This document shows positions 11,171 to 24,850 of a stretch of DNA of 48,691 nucleotides, piece after piece (position 1 is the first letter of the stretch; each line of letters begins with the position of its first letter). A model generated the notes under the pieces. That model had not been told where the DNA came from. It saw only the letters and a list, made by a program, of their open reading frames with translations, and ran no database searches. Location: the NCBI GenBank assembly GCA_051453625.1, contig JBOZIK010000001.1, forward strand, positions 35,650,863 to 35,699,553, read 5' to 3'. A program made the translations under genes and the position numbers. This DNA is from Welwitschia mirabilis (Eukaryota).

Positions 11171-14100
11171 ATGCAAATCATGTGCATAGGCCTAATACAA
11201 GTAATGAAGCTAAAATTATCATGAAAGAAGAACCTACTTAGAGGGAAGAAGATTGATGATCCTTGAAGAAGATTGAGGAGGGCTAAACTCCAAGATCCTA
11301 TATCCCAAGCTTTCTAACTCCAAGTTCTAAGCTCCAAGCTTCTAGCTCCAAGCTCGAATTCCACACTCAAGAGGAAAAAAGATTAAGAAGAAATTTTGGT
11401 AACATAAACTTACCTAAAGAATACTAGTTTGAGAAGATGTAAGAGGGATCTATTTATAGATAAATTATATATCAAAGGTCCTTAATATAATTTGTTAAAG
11501 GCCATCTACATCATTCTACCCATAAGACAAGGAAATATCTTTTACTTGATAAGATAAATAAATAACAATTTAAATGGCACTTGTGTAAATGTGACATTGA
11601 CATGTGAACGACAATGATAAGATTAACTAGTAATAAGTTAGATGGACTTTATGTAAAAGTAATATGGACATGTAAATGACAATGAGAAGATTGATAAATA
11701 AGAAGTTAGATAATCTTATGTAGAAGTGACATTAATAAGATAAATCAATGAGAAGCTATAAGATCTTGCGTAAGAAGTGAAAGTAATGTATGAATGATAA
11801 AGGGAATTTTATTAACTCATGAAAATAATTTGAATGATTAATATTCTTATCCTAATTAATAAGATTAATTACATGCATCATTTCCTTTTGCTAGTTTCTT
11901 CTTAATCCTTCATAAGCTCATAATTAATCCAAAACATATTAAAAATGCATTGGAAAAACAAATGCATCAATTTCAAAATTCACATGATACAATAAGAAAA
12001 ATAATATTTTATGCATAAAGTACTTCCATAATTATCAATAAGGATAAAAGTCATGACAGAATAAATTCTACTTATTTATCCTTTTTCATTTATGGATAAG
12101 AGTGCATGTCCTTATTAACGTGTTTACACTCTTCATGATTCATTATATCAACAACACAAATTACAAGAAAGGAATGCTATAATTGAATGTAAGAAAAAAA
12201 TGTTATAAATGAATTTAAGAAAATATCATAACTGAATGTAAGAAATGGTCATAGTTGAAGATAGTACTCTTACTTATTATTCCTTCACTTTTACTAAGTA
12301 ATTTTAGTTTCTTTTTGAGTAAGACACATGAAGAAATAATTAAAATAAATATGTCACATGTTATTTTTGTAGACATTATTTTACACATTCATATGGATTT
12401 TTTTATTTAACTATTAAACCATTTAATTGACTTGAGTAATTATAAATAATCTTATTAAGTATTAAATTTCTTATAATTATCATTATAATTTAAAATAATG
12501 AAATATTCCAAAACTCAGATTAAATAGTTAAGTAACTTTGTGAGTATCCATGATCAAAATATATGTTTGACATAAGGAATATAATATATTATTTATTATA
12601 AAGCTACACATTCATTTTCACTAGAAAAAAGGATTTTAATTAAAATTGATATCAAAATGTATTACATAGTTTAAAAACTCTCGTAATTATGTCATTAAGT
12701 TTACTAATTAAATATTACAAAATGTAGGTTATAACATATCTAGACTTAGATCCATAATGATGTTATACTTATAAGATTCCCAGTCCCATCTAGTGGGTTT
12801 AGCACTATCTTATGGGAACCCTTGATAAACTATGAAATAAAGTTTAAAAAAATTATTCTCTCCTTGATAAATCATTTTTCTCCATTTTTAACATACTCTA
12901 GCTATAAAAACTAAACTTTTATATTTTGTCATAAATACTAGCAGTGTTGAGAGTATGGCTTTAAGAAGATCATTAATTAAAGGAGTATTCATATTTCTTA
13001 TTTATGAAGAACTACTAAGAACCATTTGTCCTCATCCTAGTAAAGACACAACATTCACATTTAATATCCATGAAAACATAATCTAGAGAAGAATGGTGTA
13101 GTCTGCTTTCTTTTCTAAGATTTTGTTAATTGATTAGTAAATAATCAAGTGGGACTTTATCCTAAAATAATCAAATACAAAGAATGCCAAATACACAAGA
13201 ATTGAAAAAGCCAAAACTATGTTTAAAGTTAACAAATGCGAAGACATTATCCTAAGGAAAAAATAAGTATGGTGATTAGGATTAATAACAAATTCAATAA
13301 GAAATAACCATCTCATGCTAACATGAAAAGTAATAATAATGATAAAAATTAATCAAATCATACATCTTATTAATTCAAAGTATAATTGTACATATATAAT
13401 TATTTCCTTGATGGACAATTTCGTATAATTAAATAAATCAGTCAGTAAACTATATGATTACTAGATATTTTCATAATAATTTGGAAGAATAATATAATAA
13501 CTTGATTATTTCCTCCTCACATTTATCCCTTAGGTATCCCTCATTAAGTACTCCAAATTTTCTAAAGTCTACCTTTTGATAACAAACTATAGAAGTGTGA
13601 TGTAGAACATTACAATATAAAATTTTGGATTATGATTTTATCTTGTGCATGGAAATGGGATAAAAATTGCATAGGAGGAGTACTATTTCTATCTTATTTC
13701 ATAATAAGAAGAGTGAAAATACTATTAGAGAAATAAGAACCACAAGACAAAGTTTAGATCATGGCCAACTAACCCCTTAGTAAAGTTCCCATAACTACTA
13801 TATAACATTGTCAAAGGTCCCTTTGAGGAATACTTTTTCTAATGCACTTGTAGTAGGACATTATGATTTCTCTCTTTCTCTTTTTATTTATTTTTTATGT
13901 GTGTGTATAAAAGTAATAAGTTCTTATGTTACCTCTAATTTGATTTTCCTTCATGCAATGTGTCTAATGATAAGAGAGAATATGTTGATAAGAGAGAACT
14001 ATTACTAAATTATTTGATATAAAGATATGATATTAATATGTTATCAAGGTTATAATCAATAAGAGAAATCACCAAGTTCATAATTATAGATATTTATTTG

Positions 14101-15028
14101 ATCAAAAGATAACATTTCTTTAAGCTAAACATATTATCATAATTAAGTAATATCATGAAATATTCTTATTTACTTGAAAAATAGTTGGAATTATTTTTAT
14201 TTTTTTTTTGGTAGAGATTATCAAGAAAATGTATGAATATACTTATTCAATTAAGCATGCAACTTTTAAAATGCTGAAATAAGTCAAGGTGGGATTATGT
14301 AATGGAAGTGGATTAATAACATGAAAAATTAACATTTATTTCAAGAATTTAAGATCATTTTAGCATAGTTAAGTTTTAATTCTTATGGTTTGATGGATAT
14401 ATCTTTATTTATGCTATTAAACTCACATAAAATGGATACTTCATGTATAATAATTGATTTTTCAAGTTTTTAGTAGGATGATAGAGCATGAAGTAAAAGC
14501 TAAAAAGTAGATTTTCTAGAATGTCAGTGGCACAATCATGTTAAGAATTTGATGTTCACCTTTATGTTTTAGAAATATGGATAGATGATCAGTTCATTAA
14601 GGCTATTGATGAACTGATATTTGATGGCTAAATTTTATAAAAATTTGTAAAACCAAAGTTTAACCCTAATTTTTGAATTAAATAAGGATAGTTAAACCTT
14701 ATTAGGAGGCATCTTTTGGCATATATGACCTGTAATCAATCTTTGAGTTTGAGAGGGACTCCTGACATGTATAGTTTCTCAGTTCCTTTTCTTTAAAAAT
14801 GAGATAGTCCTTAAAGCTAGCATGACATAATTGGCCTAAATATTTTATTTATGTAGTCATTACTTTCTTACTATAATAAATTGTCAAATATTTATTCAAT
14901 CTAGTTTTTGAATTTCAACTATGTATGTTTTCCATACTTGTAATATTTGATGTGAATTGAAGTATGTTCAACTTTTATATATATCTATGAGATTTTATAT
15001 GTGTTAACCTTCATTCATAGTTACTATT

Positions 15029-15780
15029 TATTGTAGTGCATATTTATACAATTCTTAAGTCCTTAAGTAAATCCCGTAAATCACAGATGCTTACATAAGA
15101 CACATTCTTGTATAAACAAGAGTTGAATGTCGTAATCCATCAAAGGCACTAGGTGAGAAGTTAGAGAATTGATTTGATGAACTATTTTTTATCTTTTTCT
15201 ATTTAAGTAAAAGAAATAAGAACAATGCAGAAATACAATTCATGATAAATGCAAGACAATGCTTATAAATGATATATAAATGAAATAATTCTAAGTAATA
15301 AATCTACTCCACTACTGACCTTTATCACCAAGATTAGCCCTTATAATCTAGATCAATTAGGAAATACTATCACTAAATCCTAATTAACATAGGCAATAAG
15401 GCACATCAAAAAAATATAAAGGAATGTAATTATTTTGTTATGAAAATACAATATGAAATGAAATACAAATCCTAAACTAATAAGATCAACTTATCATAGG
15501 TTTCCTTTATGACCTATATTAATTATAAAGATATCATAAAATTATAACCAACATAAACCATAAGGGAGATATACATAATGGAAATAAAGTAAAGTAATTA
15601 TTTTATTAATCTTAAATTAAGTATTCACTTGTAAAGAAGCAACACCTCAATGAAGGATACATAATCCAACACCAAAGAATACTTCTTTCTATAGCTATGG
15701 ATGCATGTCCGATCCTTAAATCTCCCATCACAAAATTGTCAGGTATAAAATATGGCCATGGAAATGAGGGCAAGGGAGTA
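15029..15780. mobile_element. Old partial LTR of the TGTTGCA family
   Basis: Starts TATTGTAGTGCATATTTATACA (cf. TGTTGCAGTGTGTATTTATACA at 1125). It shares GAATGTCGTAATCCAT, AAGGCACTAGG and CCAACACCAA.GAA motifs with the LTRs at 1125, 3454 and 41688. Confidence 0.65.
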
Positions 15781-16906
15781 TTAATGTTTCCTTCCTTTAT
15801 AAAGATGGCACATGTTTATTTTTCATTTTATCCATTTTTAGTCTCTCAATATAGCCCTTAACTCCTCTTATGATTTAGAAAATATTCTTGATTTCCCATT
15901 CACTCCTCTCCTATTTCTATCAAGCCTTCATCTAGATCTAACATTTTTCTATGTTTTTTCTATAAATTTTAATAGTTTTAATTATGATCCTTTCTATCTA
16001 TTACTCTTTATTTATTTTATTTATTTTATAATCTTAAACTTATTAATTTATCATGATCCATCTAAGTTAGTCATGATTTTGTCTATCTTGAGTAGATCTA
16101 ACTTCTATAGCATTAATTGTTTAGGAATCATTAGCTTTATTAAATGTATCCACAAATTTTCTTTATTCAAATCTTTATCTATTTACTAGAAATAATTCAT
16201 GATATTTCTATTTTATATGCTTATTTATCATTTTATCTTACATATTTATGCTACATTGATTATTTTTTCTTGAAATCTCATTTACATGTGTTATATGTTT
16301 TATGATAACTATTTAATGATACATCTCACATACCAAAGCATTTCATCTCTACATGTTTCTTATCTTCAATATTTCTATGAATGATATATTTCATATATTT
16401 GACATTACATGCTTAGTATCTCTAATTTCTCATATTCTTATTTATGCCTTTATCTATTATAGAATTCTAATTATGTACTTTAAGTGTAGAAAGGTAGTAA
16501 AAATTAAATGATATCTCTATAGATCTGCAAATGATAAATAAATTGAGAAATATACTTTATGTGAGTCATAAGTAGACCTGTTAATCAAGGTGAATCATGA
16601 CACCTACATCAAGTCAAAAAATGAATTAAAACTGACATCAAATTGAAGAGTGAGTTGTAAACATTAATAGTTTCAAAAGTATTACTAATCATATTATGTA
16701 TATATTTCAATATTAGAGATGAAAATTATTTTTAAAGCCTCATCCAAATGCTATTACAGTGATTATTGGGGTATTATAAACCAATTTGTAATTGATATGA
16801 ATTTGTGATGTAGTAATCAAATCAAATATTTTAAGAATTAATTTCAAAGTCACTTCTAACTTAATTGGTAATGTACTAAATATTTCTTATGAAGGAGTAC
16901 ATAATA

Positions 16907-18507
16907 TATTAGTAAATATAGTTTTGATAATTCCACTTATCAAATATTTTGTATCATTGTATAGATAGGTTATTACAAATAAAATTAGATCATGATAAGC
17001 ATAGGCCAATAACGAATCTTCAAAGACAATATTTCACAAAATGGCTCAAAATTTAAAATTTAATATCAATTATCTANNNNNATCTATATAATGGAATATG
17101 TCTATGGTGAAGACATATAAACCATTGAAGATGTCTATGATTAAGATGTCTATATCTTAAATATATCTATGATGTATTATCTTTTAGGTCACAAGTTAAA
17201 GACAACTATCTCATTAAAGAAAACTATGCTGAAATGTTGGATCTAATATTAATGAAAGATTTTTACATGTTTGAAGATGTCTATACTCAACTAAGTTAGA
17301 TAATAGATTTATTGTATACTATGATGAATATTTTACATTTTAAGTAATCTATTAATGTTTCCATCATAGATTCATAATCATGGAAGGCTGAAGATTATGC
17401 AGATTACTTTTCATTGATTTCTAAGTAGTTTACTAAAGACATCTATCAGGTAAAAATGTTTGACTATTAATAAACATCTATAAATTTAAAGATGTCTTGG
17501 ATTAAAGTTCACCTCAATTAAAAATAAAGATATGCACTTAACGATTAGACACTCGTATTTATTACAAGGTGTTTACAAAGTTTAGATGACTACTATTCAA
17601 GATAAAACAACTAATTTCTCTTCAATGGTATAAAGGCATGACATCATGGAATAAATAAGAACTTGATACACTTTTAATGACCATACTTCCAAGGCATGTA
17701 ATGAATAAATATAGCTTAAAGTAAATGAATGAATAGGTGATTAGAACTACTCATGAAGAATTAAAGATATTATTTTCAAAACAACATATAATATCTACAT
17801 CATTTATTCTTGAATCATACATTACTACATCATCTATTTGCACTTGTGATGATGATAACAATAAGGAAATTACAAACTTCTTTAAATCTATATCTTTTAG
17901 GCTTGTTGTTGTATTATATTTGTTGGTTGTTACATTGTTGGACTATCTTATTTCTAAATATTATTGTAATTCCATTATTATATCATCAAGCTCATTGTAA
18001 GGGAATTCTTATATGGGTGTGCATTAAGGTTATTCATTTGAGCACTTTCTTTATTGTGAGGTTAGTGGTAAACCACTATTTATTTAGGGGGAAGAGAGTA
18101 CTTCCTCTCAAGGTGACTCTCTATGTTGTAAGCCTAGTGATGAGCATAAACCACTATTTCCCTAAGGGGAAGAAAGTGCTACTTACAAGGAGGCTCTCAT
18201 TGTTGTAAGGTTGGTGGTACACTAGAAAACCAATATTTCTCTTAGGGGAAACAATTGCTACCTTATCAGGAGCATCTCACATTGCTATTGTAAGGTTGGT
18301 AATGTGTAAGAAAACCACTATTTCTTATATGTCAAGAATATCTAGAGTGTAAGAGAAAGCTATCCTTTGTGTGTGAACATACTTAGTTGGGCAAACCACA
18401 TGATCTTGGTAAGGTGTTTATTATTGTGGCTTTCGATTTTATTATTAGTTAAAATTTTTATCTAGTAAAACTTATTCATCCCTTTCCTTTAAGTTCAATA
18501 ATCCTCA
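16907..18507 (+). repeat. 5' LTR of the SIRE-like element
   Basis: TATTAGTAAATATAGTTTTG start is collinear with 24851. It ends ...CCTCA followed by TAATATCAAATC (decayed TGGTATCAGAGC PBS) at 18510-18521. Confidence 0.8.
18040..18330. repeat. About four ~75 bp tandem sub-repeats inside the LTR (mirrored at ~26000-26280)
   Basis: Recurring TTGTAAGGTT(A/G)GTG...AAACCACTATTTC...TAAGGGG units. Confidence 0.75.
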
Positions 18508-18560
18508 AGTAATATCAAATCATGTACTCATTAAAAAGAGTAACTTTCTTAAATGAACAA

Positions 18561-20750
18561 ATGGAAGAAGGGACATATATTAGATCTCCACTCTTCCCTA
18601 GAATAAACTATGCCTATTGGAAGATGAAGATTCTAATGTACTTATAGGTTTTTAAGTTTTAGCTATGGCAACTCATAGAAGAAGGATATATAGACCCTAT
18701 AGAAACTATAATAGATGCCTTAGGTAACACCATCACTCAGATCAAGAAAAGAATAAATTGAAAAGATAAAGATAAAGCTACTTTCATGTATGATTCCAAA
18801 GCCAAAAATGCACTTTATTTAGCTTTAAAAATAGTAGAGTTCAATGGGATAGCAATTTTCAAGATAGCACAAGAGAATTTGAAATGTCCTTATTGGAACA
18901 TATGAAGGAACTTCTATTGTTAAGTAGTCAAAGCTACTTGTATCAATGAATTAATTTGAGAATCTCAAGATGAATAATGAAGAGAGAATTCATGAATATT
19001 TTATAAGAGTCTCCAAAATTGTCAAGATAATTTATGACATTAGTGAAATTCTTCTAGAAGCTAACATAATACAAAAATTTGTTAGATTTCTAACTTGTAA
19101 ATACAAGCCCAAAACTATAGCCATGGAAGAGTCAACATATTTCAATACCATGAAGATAAAAGAGCTACAAAACATCCTAATAACTTATGAAATGAATCTC
19201 ATATAAGATGGTGTCATAAAAGAAAAACCCATTGCTTTTAAAATGAGTGAAAGATCAATATAGAGTTTAAGAGAAAATGCAAAGGAAGAATAAGAAGAAG
19301 ATGACTCTAATGATAAAGAGATGAGAAACCTACCCTCTTCACAAGGAGATTAAACAAACCTCTTTCACATAAGTACAATAAAAGTAATAACTTTATAAAA
19401 TCATCTGGATTTCAACCCAGAGGTAAGTTTAAAGGTAATACTTTTGGTAATACTTCTTTTTCTTTTGAATATGATGTTTTCAAAGTAGAATGTTGGGTAT
19501 GTAAAGGACAAATACATATAGCATGCTAACAGAATGTAGAAAAAGTAAAAAAAGAAAGAGTTAAAGAATAAGAGATCTTTCTTTACAAGTTGGTATGATG
19601 ATAAAGAAGGAATGAAAGAAGAAACATCTAATGATGAGAAGGCTTATCCTACCTACATGGCTATTGAACATTTTTAAGAGAAAAACGATGAGTTAGAAGA
19701 AGAGTATGATTCAAAAAGTGAATATGATACAAGGATGAGTCATTAAGAAAGGTACAATCTAGATTCTAAAGCGTTTTTTAAACTACAAAAAGTATGCACT
19801 AAGATAAAAATATTACTTCATACTCGATCGAAAGCTTATTAACAAGAAAAAAATGTTTGCAATAAATTATCTTATGAAAAGTTAGCTCTTAAAGCTGAGA
19901 TTATAAACTAACATGTAATTTAGAAAATGTAAATAGGACCTATTAAATTCAAAGAAAATCAATGAAAAATTCACCTAAGGAAATGAGAGATTAAATATCA
20001 TTCTTGGGAAATGTAGAAGCTTAAATAATAAAACTAGCTTGTGACACAATGAATCCTCTACTAGCACTTCAGGCTCTTTGTTTAAAAAATGGAACTATAA
20101 GCTAAGGTATGAATATTTGGTATTTACAAATAATATTATTTGATATTATTATTATAGTAGAGCTTATTATCAATATAAGTGCCTAATGAAATTCAAAAAT
20201 AGATATCATACTAACAATCCCAAAAGGCATAGTAGAATGGTACATTATTTTGTACACAATAAACTAGGAAGAGTATGGATATCAAAATCAAAAATATCAC
20301 TTTTAGCACAAATTGCAGTTAGATCCATGAAGAAGCATGCTTGGTATATTGATAGTGGATGTTCAAGGCAAATGATGAAATAAAAATCCAATTTTACTAT
20401 ATGAGAAAAATAAGACAAAGGATTGGTTATCTTTGGAGATAATAAGCACTGATTAAAGGTATCGATACCATTGAAGGAAGAAATCAATTAAAGCTAAACA
20501 ATGTATTATTTGTGGAAGGTTTGTAACACAATCTATTGAGTTTAAGTTAACTTGTGATACAAATGTTTCTATTACCTTTATAAGAGATAGTTGTGTTACT
20601 ATAGATCAAAATTATATCAAAACTTTATTTACTAGTATAATAAAGTTAAACATTTATATTAACACTTTAAATAATACATCTAATAATGGAACTAGGTGTT
20701 TGTTAAGTAAAATAGGAGAAACTGAGTCTTGGCACAGAAAGCTTTCATAA
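18561..20750 (+). pseudogene. Copia gag-protease-GAG-pre-integrase relic
   Basis: Contains MEEGTYIRSPLFPRINYAYWKMK, the UBN2-like ORF 18970-19206 (..QKFVRFL..KTIAMEES..ELQNILITYEM), zinc knuckle ECWVCKGQIHIAC (~19490), protease WYIDSGCSRQM (~20342) and WHRKLS (~20730). Many stops and frameshifts. Confidence 0.9.
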
Positions 20751-20853
20751 GAAAACAAGGATTCAATTAAAACAAAAACAGACAAGGAAAGTCTTAGAGA
20801 GAAAGGATTCAATATAGTACAAAAATCACAACAAAGATATCATGATGTAATAT

Positions 20854-20955
20854 ACTAATGATCTACTTGGTAATGCATTTATAAAATCTCTAAGTACTAA
20901 AAGGTTTACAAAGTTATATAGAAACTTAAAGATTGGTTCTTATCAAATTAGGTAA
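20854..20955 (+). pseudogene. Copia RNase H C-terminal tail
   Basis: TNDLLGNAFIKSLSTKRFTKLYRNLKI corresponds to T..QLADIFTKPL...RF..LR..LG. Confidence 0.7.
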
Positions 20956-22519
20956 GCTAATAGGTAATATCATTTAAGTTCTCAACTTTATATTATAATT
21001 ATCTTATGAGTTGAAATTATAGTTAGATGTAGTAATAAAAATTAATATGTTCTAATTATTTACTTTTTTAAAGTGTTATTATTATGTTTGTATTATTTGT
21101 TATTTTTTTAAAATATTTAGAAATTTCATTACAAACATCTTTAGTTTTATAGAGATCTATCATAGAGACATCTTCATATTTCTAAACATCCTAGAAGTAG
21201 ATATCTTAGATTTTTTAGATGTCTTGAAAGATCGAGTATCCTTTTTAGTCTTTTGAAATAGATGTCTTAAATTTTATAGATATCTTAACAACAAAAAATG
21301 TATTGGAAATTTTTTAACAATAGATTTTTTTTACTTTATATATGTTTCATTTTTAGTTTTAGATGCCTTTTAGTAGGTAGAAGTTTTAACTATACTATTA
21401 TAAAAATTAAAAATTCCAAAAACCTAGATTTTTTACCCTTTTTATTTGGAAAAGAAGCCATCNNNNNNNNNNNNNNNNNNNNNNNNNNNNNNNNNNNNNN
21501 NNNNNNNNNNNNNNNNNNNNNNNNNNNNNNNNNNNNNNNNNNNNNNNNNNNNNNNNNNNNNNNNNNNNNNNNNNNNNNNNNNNNNNNNNNNNNNNNNNNN
21601 NNNNNNNNNNNNNNNNNNNNNNNNNNNNNNNNNNNNNNNNNNNNNNNNNNNNNNNNNNNNNNNNNNNNNNNNNNNNNNNNNNNNNNNNNNNNNNNNNNNN
21701 NNNNNNNNNNNNNNNNNNNNNNNNNNNNNNNNNNNNNNNNNNNNNNNNNNNNNNNNNNNNNNNNNNNNNNNNNNNNNNNNNNNNNNNNNNNNNNNNNNNN
21801 NNNNNNNNNNNNNNNNNNNNNNNNNNNNNNNNNNNNNNNNNNNNNNNNNNNNNNNNNNNNNNNNNNNNNNNNNNNNNNNNNNNNNNNNNNNNNNNNNNNN
21901 NNNNNNNNNNNNNNNNNNNNNNNNNNNNNNNNNNNNNNNNNNNNNNNNNNNNNNNNNNNNNNNNNNNNNNNNNNNNNNNNNNNNNNNNNNNNNNNNNNNN
22001 NNNNNNNNNNNNNNNNNNNNNNNNNNNNNNNNNNNNNNNNNNNNNNNNNNNNNNNNNNNNNNNNNNNNNNNNNNNNNNNNNNNNNNNNNNNNNNNNNNNN
22101 NNNNNNNNNNNNNNNNNNNNNNNNNNNNNNNNNNNNNNNNNNNNNNNNNNNNNNNNNNNNNNNNNNNNNNNNNNNNNNNNNNNNNNNNNNNNNNNNNNNN
22201 NNNNNNNNNNNNNNNNNNNNNNNNNNNNNNNNNNNNNNNNNNNNNNNNNNNNNNAAATTCCAAAAACCTAGATTTTTTACCCTTTTTATTTGGAAAAGAA
22301 GCCATCAAATCCCATTTTCAAGTCTTCACTCAATAAATATCTCTCCTAGAAGATTTCTTAGGTCTGGTTTCCTTAGTTTTCACTAGCAAGATGTCTTGGA
22401 TTTATTAGACATCTTCACAATGAGTAAGAATATGGTTATCTTTGCACATGTTCATATTTTTCAATTGTTTCTTACATTTCAGTCAATTTTTTGTTTCTAT
22501 TTTCCATATATCTTATAAA

Positions 22520-24230
22520 ATGATCAGAAGAAAGTTATCTAGCACTTCAAAAGGGAAAGAACAAGATTTAGAACATCAATTATCATAGTACAAGTCTCAT
22601 TGTTATCATAAGAAAGCTATCAAAAGATATAAAATGTGGATAAGAAATTATATTATTATAGAAATAACCCTTGGATTTCAAAGGTAGTACAAAGATCAGC
22701 TTGTGGCTTACTTCATACAACTTGATTGGGAAATGATTATTTAGTTAGACCAGAGTATTTTAGATCTCATGATGAGGGATTTCTATGCAAACATTCATAA
22801 AATAGTTAATAAACAAGATGCCTCTCAAACTCAGATCAAAGGTACTTCATTATCTATTATTCCTAGATTTATGAATTCATTACTTAGCATAGACGATTTT
22901 GATTTTCCTTAGTTATATGTGCATTTATTTAAAGATATTTTCACTTATAGAGTAGTAAATGTGTCATAGAGGCATATGAGCAATGTTTTATTTAAACATC
23001 CTAGAATCAATTTTGTAAAAAATATAAAGCAAAAAGATATGATTTTAGATGCCTCTATTCTTAGTTTTATTATGTTTTATAATATTCTAGTTAGAGGATG
23101 TAGTTATAACTATTGCAAGACAATGAAAACTTTTGCTATTTTCTATCTACTTAATAGTTTGAGAATAGATTTGTGTTTTATTTTGTATATGAGTATTATT
23201 ATGTTATTTTGTAAGGAATAGACCTTGGATTATCCTTGTCTTATTAGCTTGATTATTAGCAGTACAAATATTTTAGTTCAACAAGTTAATCTTATTTTAC
23301 AGAAGAAGCCCCTAGCTAAGTTTAGTAAAAACAAAAAAGTACTAATACCATCATGTGAGGATACAAGTAGGAGTCCTTTACAATTTCAAAGATCTTATTC
23401 TACTACTACTTATATCTCATCATTAGTTAAAAAAGGATTAAAGGCGATAGCAAAAATGATGAGAAAATTTGATAGAAACATATTGAGGTTGAAGAAACAT
23501 AGGTCCATAGAAACTAGTAAGGAAGAGATACTATTAAACAGTTGATAATCCATAAGAACTCCTATTTGGTTAGACTCAAAGGAGGAATTAGAAGAAGAAG
23601 TACATCCATCTCTAAAGAGAATAGGTTATGACTTGGTAGAGCAGCTGATAGTAGTGATTTTATAGATGAGTCATCAGGAGATGAGGCACATTTTCAGGAG
23701 GAGCACTAGAGTTCCATGGAGACATAGGTGCAAAGGGATCAATAAGATCTCAGTCCATCATAGTAGATTTAGTAGCAGAAAATAGAATTTGAGAGCTTAA
23801 ATATGTATCCTCTCATCTTTCATCATCCATATTGTAAGATTTTATTTTGTCATCCTACTTAGTCATCTTCATCTTTTACACCCTCTTCATCATTACACTT
23901 ATCATCTCCACCTCCATTATATAAACCATTGCCACCTTCATCTGATATTGAGTATCTTTAAGTGTTGCAACTTATCACCATTACCTTACCACCATCCTCT
24001 ATAGAAACTATCATTTCCATCCTCTTTGGAATGTCCATCACTCCTTAAATGTATTAACATATGAGGAGACAGCCTTATGAGGGCCTAGGTAAGACATCTC
24101 AGCATTCTTCTAGGTAGGGCCATACTCTGTTTTCTACATTCTCATCATCTTATGCAATTAAAACTTCCACCATACATGACAAAGACAATGATAGTGATGA
24201 AGAAAAAGAAGGAATACTTTCATAAGTGAT
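22520..24230 (+). pseudogene. Degenerate env-like/extra ORF of the SIRE-like element
   Basis: DLMMRDFYANI (~22763-22795; cf. LV(R/K)EFYAN) and LDYPCLISLII (23225; cf. LPFPSLIT), motifs of the plant Transposase_32/env-like domain, followed by acidic and Pro/Ser-rich stretches. It lies between pol and the PPT. Confidence 0.65.
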
Positions 24231-24836
24231 TCTACTCTCAGTGATTAGATCCTTTTCTCTGTTGTTTAAAAAAGGAAAGTACTTTAGGCAAATCAATGGT
24301 AATTAGTTGTATTCAGTTAGTCACATCAACCTTTAGCATGAGGGCATCTTTTTAGGCATTAATTACTTATCTTTGATATGATGGATTAGATCCTTAAGTG
24401 ATATCATTATTCATTGATGATTACTCTTGTTGTTTGGTGTACATTGCTTTGTCTTGTTATTTCTATTCTTGATGTTATTTGGCACACTTTATTATTAGCA
24501 CTTTCATGTTATATCAATTCCTGTTGGCACATTCTCCTGTTTTAATATCATGTCTTTTTGGGCATATTTTTAAAAATGTTATGCTTTTATTTTTATTATT
24601 CATACATTACTGTGAGCATAATTTTTATGATTAGTTATTCAAGTGATTATTTAAGTAGTTACGATGTTTTCATGTCTTTTTTATATTCTACATGATTATT
24701 CAAGTGATAAATAATAATGCATTAAATGTTATTGCAAAATATGATTATGTGCTTTTCTACCTTTAACATAAATATCTAATTTCAAGTGATTGAATGAGAT
24801 TGTACTAATCTAATTTGCCAAGTTTTAAACATCTTT

Positions 24837-24850
24837 AAAAAAGGGGAGAT
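24837..24850 (+). promoter_or_regulatory. Polypurine tract (SIRE-type)
   Basis: AAAAAAGGGGAGAT immediately precedes the 3' LTR start. Confidence 0.85.

Noticed and set aside
13134..13316. 60-aa hydrophobic ORF and faint LINE-like words
   Set aside because: Expected by chance in T-rich sequence; no sustained homology.
18040..18330. Regularly spaced repeats resembling a CRISPR array
   Set aside because: Degenerate tandem sub-repeats inside a plant LTR, duplicated in the other LTR, with no unique spacers or cas genes.
21411..22306. Identical 52-bp sequence on both sides of the gap (21411-21462 and 22255-22306)
   Set aside because: Most likely an unmerged contig overlap rather than a biological repeat.
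21298..22386. Long ORFs spanning N-runs (also 41764-42641, 1840-2061, 3274-3522, 42841-43128)
   Set aside because: Artefacts of translating gaps.
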